A stretch of 44,194 nucleotides of DNA from Gammaproteobacteria bacterium (GCA_963581225.1 CAUZMW010000003.1:1-44194), one strand, 5' to 3'; shown: positions 9,146 to 19,004, counted from the stretch's first letter. Numbers and translations: made by a program. The notes: generated by a model from the sequence alone, not told the origin.

Positions 9146-10506
9146 CCGAGATTCACGAGCATGACGCGATCGTCATCGGCGCCGGCCTCGCGGGACTGGC
9201 CGCGGCGCTGAAGCTGCAGGCCGCGGGCGTCGATGCGCGGGTCATCGAAGCGCAGGATCGAGTCGGCGGCCGCGTGCACTCGATGCGCCAGTTGGGCAGT
9301 AATAAGGAAGCCGGCGGTACCTACATCGGCGCCGGTTATACGCGCGTCATCGGCGCGGCCGAACGCTATGGCGTCGGGCTCATCGACGTGACGCCGATGC
9401 TGGCGTTCTTCCGTGAGCAAGAACTCGTGCTTGGCGATGAAATCATCCGTCAGGCGGACTGGCCCGATCATCCCGCAAACCTGTTCCGCGGCGACGACAA
9501 GCCGATCATGCCGTGGGCGTATCACCGTTTGCTCACGGTGCGGGAGAATCCACTGACACAACCCGGCGACTGGCTCGCTGCCGACGCGGCCGCCTATGAT
9601 GTCTCGGCTTACGACTGGCTGAAGAGTCTCGGTCTCGACGACGACGCGATCAAGCTCGCCTATGGCATCAACGTCAGCTTCGGCAAGGACGCCCATGACG
9701 TCTCGGCGTTGTTGCTGTTTTTCCGTGCGGCCTTTTCCGTTGCGCAACGTCGCTTCGCGCCCGAGGGCATCGTCGGCTACACGGCCAGGAACGGCGTCGC
9801 CCGCATCCCCGAGACCATGGCCGAAGCGTTGAATCCACCGGCAGAACTGAACAAGGTGGTCGTGGCGATCACAACCCAGGCGGATCACGCCGAGGTACGT
9901 TGCGCGGATGGCAGTATCTATCGGGCGCCGCACATCGTGTGCTCGCTGCCGTTCGGCGTACTGCGGCACATCGACATGAATCCGCCGCTGCAGGGCCTGC
10001 AAGCTGAAGCGGTCAACACGCTGCCGGCGCAGGCCGTGACGCAGGTCTATCTCGCCCACAAATCCAATTTCTGGGAGGCGGACGGCTACACGGCGAGTCT
10101 ATTTACCGACGGCGTTGCCGGCATGGTAGCGGCCGCGAGAAACGGCGCCGACCCCGAGGAGGTCACGAGCTTTACGGCCTGGACGCTCGGACCGAACGCG
10201 AGCGTACTCGACGCGCTGGCGCCGGCCGATGCCGGCAGGCGCGTGATCGCGGAGATCGAACGCATACGGCCCGCCGCCAAGGGCCAGCTCGAATTTTTGG
10301 GGCTGAAGTCCTGGGGCACGGATCCGTTCGCTCAGGGCGGTTGGGCCTATTTCAAGCCCGGCCAGATCACGCGTTTCGGCGCCGCGATGGGCGCGCCGCA
10401 CGGCCAGATACGATTCTGTGGCGAGCACCTGGGGCGAGTCAGCCGCGGTATGGAAGGCGCGATGGAATCCGGCGAACGCGTCGCCGCCGAGATCCTCGAG
10501 TTATAA
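9142..10506 (+). CDS. FAD-dependent flavin amine oxidase family protein
   Basis: [35 protein letters not shown]...GMEGAMESG; TTG start overlaps the ferrochelatase stop (TTGA). Confidence 0.88.
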   Translation: MTEIHEHDAIVIGAGLAGLAAALKLQAAGVDARVIEAQDRVGGRVHSMRQLGSNKEAGGTYIGAGYTRVIGAAERYGVGLIDVTPMLAFFREQELVLGDEIIRQADWPDHPANLFRGDDKPIMPWAYHRLLTVRENPLTQPGDWLAADAAAYDVSAYDWLKSLGLDDDAIKLAYGINVSFGKDAHDVSALLLFFRAAFSVAQRRFAPEGIVGYTARNGVARIPETMAEALNPPAELNKVVVAITTQADHAEVRCADGSIYRAPHIVCSLPFGVLRHIDMNPPLQGLQAEAVNTLPAQAVTQVYLAHKSNFWEADGYTASLFTDGVAGMVAAARNGADPEEVTSFTAWTLGPNASVLDALAPADAGRRVIAEIERIRPAAKGQLEFLGLKSWGTDPFAQGGWAYFKPGQITRFGAAMGAPHGQIRFCGEHLGRVSRGMEGAMESGERVAAEILEL

Positions 10507-10591
10507 GGTCGGGACAAATAATTCTAATGCCATTCGGCCATACGCGAATGAGCACATAACCGTTCACGCAGCGGCCGATAGCCTCTACCGT

Positions 10592-11392
10592 GTGCCTCCC
10601 GATGAACGCCGTTATCGCTACTGTCGAGCAAACACCCCTCGCCTGCCCGCGCGGCCGGCGCGTGCGAGCGTCTGCGGTGAGGCGGCCACGCAGGAAGCTG
10701 CGCTCTCGCTATGCAACAGCAAGTTCGCCGCGCTCTCGCCGTACGAGCGGATCGAGTGGTCTCTCACACACCGACCGGGCAACCATGTCCTGAGCTCGAG
10801 CTTCGGCGCGCAGGCCGCCGTATCGTTGCACCTCGCCACGCAGGTTTATCCCGATATCCCGGTCGTGCTGGTCGATACCGGCTATCTGTTTCCCGAAACC
10901 TATCGTTTCGTCGACGAACTCACCGAGCGGCTCAAGCTCAACTTGAAAATCTATCGGAGCGAGCTGTCACCGGCCTGGCAGGAAGCGCGCTTCGGACAAC
11001 GTTGGTAACAGGGCGTCAAAGGCATCGACGAATACAACGAGCAGAACAAAGTAGAGCCCATGCGCCGCGCGTTGCGGGAACTCGATGCCGGCACCTGGTT
11101 CGCAGGTCTACGCCGCGGTCAAAGCGAGAGTCGCGCGACGATTCCCTACCTCGATCTGTTCGGCGCGCGCTGGAAAGTTCACACCATCGCCGACTGGACC
11201 GATCACGACGTGCATCGTTATCTGACGAAGCATGACCTGCCGTATCACCCGTTGTGTGAAGAAGGCTATGTGTCGATTGGCGATCGGCACAGCACGCGAC
11301 CGCTACAGGATGCCGGCGATGAAGAGCTGACGCGTTTCAACGGCCTGAAGCGCGAGTGCGGTCTGCACGATATCGACCTGGCTGACCTGTAA
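10592..11392 (+). pseudogene. cysH: PAPS reductase with in-frame TAA at 11006-11008
   Basis: [35 protein letters not shown] and KRECGLH lie in one frame, interrupted at RW*QG; start uncertain (in-frame GTG 10592 or out-of-frame ATG 10602). Confidence 0.88.
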
Positions 11393-11490
11393 GAATCGCT
11401 ATAAATACGGGGACGGTCTACCTAATTCACGGGGAAAAAGTACCGGGTTCGTGAATTAGGTAGACCGTCCCCGTATTTATAGCGATTCTT
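11391..11490. repeat. Perfect 41-bp inverted repeat (REP/REPIN-like) between convergent cysH and cysB
   Basis: 11391-11431 is the exact reverse complement of 11450-11490; the core ATACGGGGACGGTCTACCTAA recurs near 25185. Confidence 0.92.
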
Positions 11491-12500
11491 TAAACGGTGG
11501 CGACTTCGTCCTGGTCGCAGCCGCCGCGGATCGGCAGCCGCAGATCGCTCAACAACTCATCCACCTCTTCCTGCGTCTCGAGACTCGCGGCATCGGTGAT
11601 AAGCCGGGGCGTGTAATGCGGCGCGAACAGATGGATGAAATCGACCATATAGCTTCGCAGCACCATATCCTTCGGGAAACCGAGCCAGGTCGTGACCTGA
11701 GGAAACAGGCCCTTGGCATCGATAGCCTTCAGATCGTCCTGATCCTGGCACTCATAGGCCATGGATGCGATCACACCCACACCCATACCCATACGCACAT
11801 AGGTCTTAATGATGTCGGCGTCGCGCGCCGTAAACACGACGCGTGGTTCGAGCCCTTCATTCTGAAACGCTTTCTTGAACGACGATTCGCCCGTCAGGCT
11901 GAAGACGTAGGTCACGAGCGGATAGGCGGAAAGCATCTTCAAGTCGACGGGCTTTGTTTCACGCGCCAGCGGATGATCGTTGGGGACGAGGGTGATGCGG
12001 TTCCAGTGATAGATCGGCAACAGCGTGAGATTCGAGAACAACTTGTTCGAGCCTGTCGCGATCGCGAAATCGACCTTGTGCGTACTGACCAGTTCCGCAA
12101 TCTGCTCGGAGGTACCCTGGTGTAACTCGAGATCGACCTTCGGATAGCGCTCGTTGAATTCGCGGATGACATCGGGAAGAACGTAACGCGCCTGCGTGTG
12201 CGTTGTTGCGATCGACAGCGTGCCTTCCTGCTCGTCGGTCAGGTCGCTCGCGAGACTCCGGATATTCTCGACTTCGCGCAGGACCTTGCGGGCACGATCG
12301 ATGACTTCCCGACCGGCCGGCGTGATGGCCGCCAGACTCTTGCCTTTGCGGGTGAAAATCTGCATCCCGAGCTCCGCCTCAAGCTGCTTCAGCTGCTTGC
12401 TGATGCCGGGCTGGCTGGTAAAAAGGCGCTCGGCCGCGGAGGTGATATTCAAGCCGCTGTCGACGATGCCGATCAGGTATTTAAGCTGCTTCAGTGTCAT
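11490..12500 (-). CDS. cysB: LysR-family cys regulon activator
   Basis: MTLKQLKY, LFTSQPGISKQ, IATTHTQARYVLP, DADIIKTYVRMGMGVG. Confidence 0.95.
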   Translation of the reverse strand: MTLKQLKYLIGIVDSGLNITSAAERLFTSQPGISKQLKQLEAELGMQIFTRKGKSLAAITPAGREVIDRARKVLREVENIRSLASDLTDEQEGTLSIATTHTQARYVLPDVIREFNERYPKVDLELHQGTSEQIAELVSTHKVDFAIATGSNKLFSNLTLLPIYHWNRITLVPNDHPLARETKPVDLKMLSAYPLVTYVFSLTGESSFKKAFQNEGLEPRVVFTARDADIIKTYVRMGMGVGVIASMAYECQDQDDLKAIDAKGLFPQVTTWLGFPKDMVLRSYMVDFIHLFAPHYTPRLITDAASLETQEEVDELLSDLRLPIRGGCDQDEVATV

Positions 12501-12581
12501 GGGCTCGTTGGTGATCTACTCCAGAGCTGGCCAGACAAAAACGCCGCGTCCCGAGGGAGGCCGCAGCCCAATAATCGCATA

Positions 12582-12594
12582 TAACCATTGGTTA
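12582..12594. promoter_or_regulatory. Putative LysR (CysB) T-N11-A box in the divergent cysB/cysG intergenic region
   Basis: TAACC-ATT-GGTTA is a perfect 13-bp dyad about 80 bp upstream of cysB. Confidence 0.5.
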
Positions 12595-12769
12595 CATGGC
12601 CTGTCAACCGAAAAACCTCTGGTGTTTTCAATCTGTTAGCGTTTATACCCACCAGGCATAAGACCAGAAATAGACGATCTTGTTCTCCGAACGCCCATAG
12701 CGGTATCGTGGCGCACGCTAAGGGTTCCCGTACTCCGGCAAGCGAGCCCGTCTTCAGATCTCAGCGACC

Positions 12770-14206
12770 ATGGACCATCTGCCTATATTCGTAGAACTAG
12801 AGGGCCGACCCTGCCTCGTCGTCGGCGGCGGCGCTGTGGCCGAGCGCAAGGTTCGCGAGCTGCTTGAGGCAGGCGCCGTCGTAACCATCGTGAGCCCGAC
12901 GGTCACAGCCGGACTCGAGCAACTCGTCGATGCCAGCACAATCCAGCTGCAGCCGGAAACATTTCAAGAGAATCAACTGGGGGAGTATTGGCTGGTCGTG
13001 GCTGCGACGGCTGATCGCGAACTCAATTCACGCATCGCAAGAGCGGCGGAGAGCCAACAGCGTTTCTGCAACGTCGTCGACGACGCAGAGCTGTGCTCGT
13101 TCATCATGCCCGCGGTCGTGAAGCGCGCGCCGATCACCGTCGCGGTCTCGAGCAGCGGCCGCTCGCCGGTGCTCGCACGCTGGGTCAAGGGCCTGATCGA
13201 GTCGTTGCTGCCGACGCGGCTCGGCAGCCTGGCGAGTCTGGCGGGGCGCTGGCGGCAACGCGTACGTGAGTCGATCACCAACGTCGATGAGCGGCGGCGA
13301 TTCTGGGAAGAGTTACTCACAGGGCCCGTACCCGAACAGTGCTACTCGGGCGCCGAGCAACAGGCCGAGGCTGCCATCGAGCAGGCGCTCGCCGACTGGC
13401 ACGCAAACGACGCCCACAAGACTGGCGAGGCTTATCTGGTCGGTTCAGGTCCCGGCAGCGCCGACCTCATCACATTGCGCGGCAGGCAGCTCTTGAGTCA
13501 GGCCGAGGTCGTCCTGTACGACCGTCTGGTCGGCGCCGAAGTACTGGAGTTCGCACGCCGTGACGCCGAGCTGATCTCGGTCGGCAAGCAACCCGGACAA
13601 CCGTCGATCACCCAGGAACAGATCAACCGTTTGCTCGTGCAACTCGTGAGCCGCGGCAAGCGCGTCTGCCGCCTCAAGGGCGGCGACCCGATGATCTTCG
13701 GCCGCGGCGGCGAGGAATTGGAAGCACTCGCAGCGGCAGGGCTGCCGTTCCAGATCGTACCGGGCATCTCGGCCGTCACCGGCTGCGCAGCCTATGCCGG
13801 GATCCCGCTGACGCTGCGCGGCGTCGCGCGTTCGGTCCTGCTGACCACCGGCCACGTCGAAGATTCGGGCCACTTCGATCTCGGGCCGCTCCAGCCGGAC
13901 CAGACTCTGGCACTCTACATGGGCGTCGCCCAGTACGGCGAGATCGCCGAGCGGCTCATGGACCAGGGTACCGATCCCGCAACGCCGGTCGCCGTGATCG
14001 AGCGCGGCACGACCGACAGTCAACGCGTGATCAGCACCGTGCTCGGCGAATTACGCCAGGCGGCGCTTGAGTTGGAGATAAAGCCGCCCGCTCTACTCCT
14101 GATCGGCGAAACGACAGAGTTCGCCGAACGCTATGCCTGGTTTGCTCCCGAGAACGTGGTCCTATATAAGAACAGAGCCACCGGGCGCCTAGCGCGGGTC
14201 AGCTGA
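12770..14206 (+). CDS. cysG: Siroheme synthase (multifunctional)
   Basis: LPIF...VVGGGAVAERK, CNVVDD, SPVLAR, GSGPG..DLITLRG, RLKGGDPMIFGRGGEE, YAGIPLT. Confidence 0.97.
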   Translation: MDHLPIFVELEGRPCLVVGGGAVAERKVRELLEAGAVVTIVSPTVTAGLEQLVDASTIQLQPETFQENQLGEYWLVVAATADRELNSRIARAAESQQRFCNVVDDAELCSFIMPAVVKRAPITVAVSSSGRSPVLARWVKGLIESLLPTRLGSLASLAGRWRQRVRESITNVDERRRFWEELLTGPVPEQCYSGAEQQAEAAIEQALADWHANDAHKTGEAYLVGSGPGSADLITLRGRQLLSQAEVVLYDRLVGAEVLEFARRDAELISVGKQPGQPSITQEQINRLLVQLVSRGKRVCRLKGGDPMIFGRGGEELEALAAAGLPFQIVPGISAVTGCAAYAGIPLTLRGVARSVLLTTGHVEDSGHFDLGPLQPDQTLALYMGVAQYGEIAERLMDQGTDPATPVAVIERGTTDSQRVISTVLGELRQAALELEIKPPALLLIGETTEFAERYAWFAPENVVLYKNRATGRLARVS

Positions 14207-14247
14207 CCCCTGTCTGCTGCAATAACAATCGAACAAGAGAGCAGATC

Positions 14248-15207
14248 ATGATCTACGACAGCATTCTGGACACTATCGGCAATACGCCCATCGTGAAGTT
14301 ACATCGCGTCGTGCCCGATAACGTCGAGATCTACGCCAAAGTCGAGGCGTTCAATCCCGCCGGTTCGGTCAAAGACCGGCTGGCATTCGCGATCATCGAC
14401 GACGCCGAGCGGCGCGGGGCAATCAAGCCAGGCCAGACCATCGTCGAGGCGACCTCCGGCAATACCGGTATTGCACTGGCCATGGTCGCGGCCGCCAAGG
14501 GCTACAGTTTCGTCGCCACGATGGCCGACAGTTTCTCCGCCGAGCGCAGGCAGATCATGCGGGCGCTGGGGGCCAAGGTCATTCTGACGCCCGCCGCCGA
14601 ACGCGGCACCGGCATGGTCAAGCTCGCCGAAGAACTCGCGGCGAAGCACGGCTGGTTCCTCGCGCGGCAATTCGAGAACCCGGCCAATCCGGCCTTCCAT
14701 CGCCAGACCACGGGCCCCGAGATCCTGAAGGATTTCGCCGGGCGGCGACTCGACTACTGGGTCACGGGTTGGGGCACCGGCGGCACGTTGACCGGCGCGG
14801 GAGAGATGATCAAGTTGGCCCGGCCGGACGTACAGATCATCGCGACCGAGCCGGAGGCGGCACAACTCGTCGGCGGTAAGGAATGGCAGCCGCACAAGAT
14901 CCAGGGCTGGACACCGGACTTCGTTCCCGATGTGTTGAACCCCGATCTACACGATCAACTCCTGCCCGTCACGGATGAAGCCGGCAAGGAAATGGCGCGT
15001 AGCCTCGCGGCGGAAGAAGGCATCTTCGTCGGCATCTCGGCCGGCGCAACACTGGCCGCCGCGCACCGAGCCGCAGAATCGGCCGACCCGGGGTCGGTCA
15101 TGCTGGTGATGCTGCCCGATACGGGCGAGCGTTATCTCGGCGCGTATCTGTTCGACGATCTCGTCGAGGGTTCCGACGACGAGTGGCTGGCTAGCTTAGA
15201 CGGCTAA
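14248..15207 (+). CDS. cysK: Cysteine synthase (O-acetylserine sulfhydrylase)
   Basis: IGNTP, NPAGSVKDR, EATSGNTG, GTGGT, HKIQG, PDTGERY. Confidence 0.93.
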   Translation: MIYDSILDTIGNTPIVKLHRVVPDNVEIYAKVEAFNPAGSVKDRLAFAIIDDAERRGAIKPGQTIVEATSGNTGIALAMVAAAKGYSFVATMADSFSAERRQIMRALGAKVILTPAAERGTGMVKLAEELAAKHGWFLARQFENPANPAFHRQTTGPEILKDFAGRRLDYWVTGWGTGGTLTGAGEMIKLARPDVQIIATEPEAAQLVGGKEWQPHKIQGWTPDFVPDVLNPDLHDQLLPVTDEAGKEMARSLAAEEGIFVGISAGATLAAAHRAAESADPGSVMLVMLPDTGERYLGAYLFDDLVEGSDDEWLASLDG

Positions 15208-15225
15208 GCGAACTATTATGCGGCC

Positions 15226-16467
15226 ATGAGCACGCCTCGCGTTGTCATTGTCGGCGGTGGGTTCGCGGGCCTCGCCGCGGCGCGCGGCCTGGCGAGCACG
15301 GCAGTCGACGTCTTGCTCATCGATCGCCACAATTATCATCTGTTCCAACCGCTGCTGTATCAAGTCGCGACGGCCGGGCTCTCGCCCGGCGAGATCGCCT
15401 GGCCCATCCGGAGTCTGCTACGGCGACAATCCAACGCGCGCGTCGTCCTCGGCGAAATCGACAGCGTCGATACCGGCGCAAAGCTCGTGCGTGTCGGCGA
15501 GCGTGAGATCAGTTACGACTTTCTCGTACTCGCGACGGGTGCACGGCACGCCTACTTCGGCCACAGCGACTGGGAGCCTCACGCGCCGGGCTTGAAAACC
15601 GTTGACGACGCCACGGAGATCCGGCGGCGAATTCTTCTCGCGTTCGAACAGGCAGAGATCGAAACCGATCCGGAGACACAACGCGCGCTACTAACCTTCG
15701 TCATCGTCGGCGGCGGCCCGACCGGCGTCGAGCTCGCCGGCGCGATAATCGAGCTCGCGAAGAAGGCTCTGACGCGGGACTTTCGACGCATCGACCCGAG
15801 TACGGCACGAGTCATGTTGGTCGAAGCGAGTGCACGCGTCTTGCCAGCCTTTCCCGAGACGCTGTCGTCCACCGCGGCCGAGTCGCTGGAAACACTCGAC
15901 GTCGAGGTTCGCAGCGGTGCGCCCGTTACGGCCTGCGATGCCGACGGCGTCGTTATCGGCACGGAACGTATCCGCGCCCGTACGGTTTTGTGGGCAGCCG
16001 GCGTTGCGGCCTCACCCGTGGCGCGCTGGCTCGATGCGCAGGCCGATGCCGCGGGCCGAGTCATCGTCAATGACGATCTCAGTGTACCCGGTCACCCGGA
16101 AATTTATGTCGTCGGCGATGCGGCACGAGTCGCGTGGGCAGAGGGATTCGTACCCGGCGTCGCGCCGGCTGCCAAACAGATGGGCGGCTATGTCGCGCGG
16201 ACGATTCGCGCCCGCGTCGATGGCAAAAAGCCGTTACCGTTCAAGTACCGGAATTACGGCAACCTCGCTACGATAGGCCGCAGCCGCGCCGTGATCGACT
16301 TCGGCTGGCTCCGCCTGCGAGGCTGGCTCGCATGGTGGATCTGGGGTATCGCGCATATCTACTTCTTAATCAGCATACGCAACCGGATGCTCGTCGCGTG
16401 GCAGTGGCTGTGGTCCTATCTGACGTTTCAGCGCGGCGCGAGACTCATTACCGGGGACGAGGACTAG
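15226..16467 (+). CDS. ndh: Type II NADH dehydrogenase family FAD oxidoreductase
   Basis: VGGGFAG, FQPLLYQVAT, VGGGPTGVELAG, WAAGV, PGVAPAAKQMG, GNLATIGR. Confidence 0.9.
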   Translation: MSTPRVVIVGGGFAGLAAARGLASTAVDVLLIDRHNYHLFQPLLYQVATAGLSPGEIAWPIRSLLRRQSNARVVLGEIDSVDTGAKLVRVGEREISYDFLVLATGARHAYFGHSDWEPHAPGLKTVDDATEIRRRILLAFEQAEIETDPETQRALLTFVIVGGGPTGVELAGAIIELAKKALTRDFRRIDPSTARVMLVEASARVLPAFPETLSSTAAESLETLDVEVRSGAPVTACDADGVVIGTERIRARTVLWAAGVAASPVARWLDAQADAAGRVIVNDDLSVPGHPEIYVVGDAARVAWAEGFVPGVAPAAKQMGGYVARTIRARVDGKKPLPFKYRNYGNLATIGRSRAVIDFGWLRLRGWLAWWIWGIAHIYFLISIRNRMLVAWQWLWSYLTFQRGARLITGDED

Positions 16468-16725
16468 ATGATCGTTTCGACAGAGACGGCCGAACTCGGC
16501 AACCGACTGAAGTCCTAGGCTTCAGCGATGCGGCTGGGAGCCGACGTTCGCGTCCACCGGGAGCGCAACGATACGATGCCGGCGAGTTTCGCGGACTTGT
16601 TCGCGAACGACTGCGGTATCGACTCGATCCCTGCCGATGTCGTGATATGGAGTACTACTCAAAATGAGGCCTTAATAGTGACAGATTATAGCGGTCAACC
16701 TCACGTCGATGGGAAATTCGACTAA
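16468..16725 (+). pseudogene. Remnant of a possible fucosyltransferase-like glycosyltransferase N-terminus
   Basis: ATG directly after the ndh stop reads MIVSTETAELGNRLKS*ASAMRL...FADLFAN, with TAG at 16516-16518; LGNRL resembles the G-L-G-N-R/Q motif. Confidence 0.4.
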
Positions 16726-16910
16726 ATTTAGAATAAGACGACGAGCTCAATGGTGGCAGGAATAAAACCCGCTCGCGCGAATGCGTCGGGCAGCGCTGAT
16801 CTTAACGACTTCTGTTGCGTTCCTCGCCCATCGCTCTATCCTAACAAGTCTGATTCCATGAACCGTTCAGCCATCATGCAGCTATTAAACGCCATCAACG
16901 CCGCTAGTTA

Positions 16911-17024
16911 AATGTGGAGGTCGATGATCGCGGCTATGTCTACATCGTGGATCGAGCGAACATGGGTAGGCATGTCGTTAGATTATCGCGACACACTCCC
17001 CGGGTTGCCGATTTTCTGGGCTAG
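16911..17024 (+). pseudogene. C-terminal fragment of an LVIVD-repeat-like protein
   Basis: Reads NVEVDDRGYVYIVDRANMGRHVVRL...ADFLG*; no upstream body or start codon. Confidence 0.55.
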
Positions 17025-17072
17025 GCATATCACGAGTAAGTCTTCCGGGGCGCGGACCCCGCAGAGACCTCG

Positions 17073-17273
17073 ATGAAGCATCGAAGTCCGCGCCGCTGGG
17101 TGGGGCTCGCCTATCTCGTCTTACTGGCGCTGGTGATTCCCTGGTACTGGCCCGCCGGCGATACGCGCCACGCGTTCGGCTTCCCGTTATGGGCACTAGC
17201 ATCGCTCGCCGCCGTGCTCGCAACCTCCATTTTTACAGCATATATCTACCTCAGCAGCATCGATGACGATTAG
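17073..17273 (+). CDS. Small two-TM membrane protein (DUF3311-like SSS partner)
   Basis: IPWYW...FGFPLW; two hydrophobic segments; ends 5 bp before the SSS gene. Confidence 0.75.
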   Translation: MKHRSPRRWVGLAYLVLLALVIPWYWPAGDTRHAFGFPLWALASLAAVLATSIFTAYIYLSSIDDD

Positions 17274-17278
17274 GTCCT

Positions 17279-18772
17279 ATGACTGATCTACTCCCTTTCG
17301 GACTCGGCGCCTGGATCTTTATTTCCTGTTACCTGTCCTCCCTGCTGCTGCTCGGCTGGCTAGGCTTCAATGCACGTAAGGAAAATACGCTGCAGGATTT
17401 TTATCTTGCGGGCCGCGGATTTGGATTCGTAGTTCTGTTCCTAACGCTCTACGCGACTCAATATAGCGGTAACAGCGTTTTCGGCGTCGCGGGGGCAGCC
17501 TACCGGGTCGGTTTCGGTTGGCTGATCGCGGTGCACTACATGCTCGCGATCATTGTATTCTACCTCGCCTACGCGCCTAAGCTGTATACCCTGTCGCGTC
17601 TACGGGGGTATCTGACGCCGGTCGACTATCTCAAAGATCGCTTCGACTCCCCAGCGATTGCGCTCATCGGTTCCATCGTGATGATCGTCGCGCTCAACAA
17701 CTACTTACTCGCGCAACTCATGACGATGGGACGAGCGCTGCAGGGCCTCACAGGTCTGCATAGCGATCTTGCATACAATTACGGCGTCGTCGGACTAGCT
17801 TTTATCATGCTCGTTTACGGCACGCTCGGCGGCGTCCGGGCTATCGCCTGGACCGACGTAATTCAGGGCGGCGTCCTAATGTTGGGGTTCTTTGTCCTAC
17901 TGCTACTCCTGCGAGAGCAGTTCGGTCCACTGTCCGCCGCAACCCAAACCGTCATCATCTCGGTCGATGCGAGCAAGATAGCAAGACCGAGCGGCAGCAT
18001 GCTGCGGGAGTGGTTGAGTTACATCCTTCTTATCGGAATGGGCGCCGCATTGTACCCGCAGGCAATCCAGAGAATCTATGCTGCGAAGTCCCGCCGGGCT
18101 CTAAACCAAAGCCTCGCAGCCATGGCTTTTCTACCGTTCGGGACGGCGCTGATCGCAGTAATTGCAGGCATCTATGCACTTGCCTACGTGCCCGGATTGG
18201 AGGGAGCTGAAACAGATCAGGTACTAGCAAGGCTGCTGCGGGTCATTCAGGAAGGCTCAGCCATCGGTTACGCATTCGTCGTTCTGATTTTCAGTGCCAT
18301 TCTCGCGGCGCTCATGTCCACGGCGGACTCTGCGATGCTCTCGATATCATCGATGTTTACAAAAGACATCTATGGAACGCTCCTGCGACCCGGAGCGAGA
18401 GAATCGAACCTCACGGCAATCGGCAAACGTTGTTCTTGGGTGGTCGTGTGCACCCTTGCGACACTTGCCATCGCTTTAAAGGATCAAGCGTCGCTGATTA
18501 CGTTAATTGACCGCAAGTTCGATATCCTCGTGCAACTCGTACCCAGCTTCATGATCAGCATCCACTGGTCCCGCCTCCGATCCGGACCGACGTTATGGGG
18601 GTTGATCGCAGGACTGTCGATTGCGCTGAGTCTCGCCTTTGGCCCATTCCATTTCGTCGTCGCCGGTAAAGTATGGGGCTTTCATCCTGGCTTATACGGG
18701 TTGATCGCCAACATAGCGGTCGCCGTGCTCGGCTCGATGATGCTCGAGCGCCGAGTGAAAGGTCCGGCCTAA
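17279..18772 (+). CDS. Sodium:solute symporter family protein
   Basis: DFYLAGRG, YATQYSG, GGVRAIAWTDVIQG, AALMSTADS; many TM helices. Confidence 0.92.
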   Translation: MTDLLPFGLGAWIFISCYLSSLLLLGWLGFNARKENTLQDFYLAGRGFGFVVLFLTLYATQYSGNSVFGVAGAAYRVGFGWLIAVHYMLAIIVFYLAYAPKLYTLSRLRGYLTPVDYLKDRFDSPAIALIGSIVMIVALNNYLLAQLMTMGRALQGLTGLHSDLAYNYGVVGLAFIMLVYGTLGGVRAIAWTDVIQGGVLMLGFFVLLLLLREQFGPLSAATQTVIISVDASKIARPSGSMLREWLSYILLIGMGAALYPQAIQRIYAAKSRRALNQSLAAMAFLPFGTALIAVIAGIYALAYVPGLEGAETDQVLARLLRVIQEGSAIGYAFVVLIFSAILAALMSTADSAMLSISSMFTKDIYGTLLRPGARESNLTAIGKRCSWVVVCTLATLAIALKDQASLITLIDRKFDILVQLVPSFMISIHWSRLRSGPTLWGLIAGLSIALSLAFGPFHFVVAGKVWGFHPGLYGLIANIAVAVLGSMMLERRVKGPA

Positions 18773-18809
18773 CTAAAGCCGCTCCCAAACGAAGCCGTCA
18801 GCAGTAGGT

Positions 18810-19004
18810 TCATTTAGCCCGACCGAGCAGCAAGTAGCCACCGTCGCCGTCCGGCCCGAGCCGAATCAACGCTACCCCGCTATCCAGAGGTCTCAATACG
18901 CGTATCAATCCGTCGAGCCCCGCGTATCGCGTGCGATCGACGATATCGACGCCGAGCCCGCCGACCACCCTGAGCAGCGCGTCCTTTACCGGCTTATCGC
19001 GCAT
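18810..19004 (-). pseudogene. Truncated methyltransferase-like gene (N-terminus only)
   Basis: LIRLGPDGDGGYLL is typical of FkbM/Methyltransf_22-like proteins; the ORF ends 4 codons later; overlaps the 3' end of the upstream FkbM-like gene. Confidence 0.5.
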
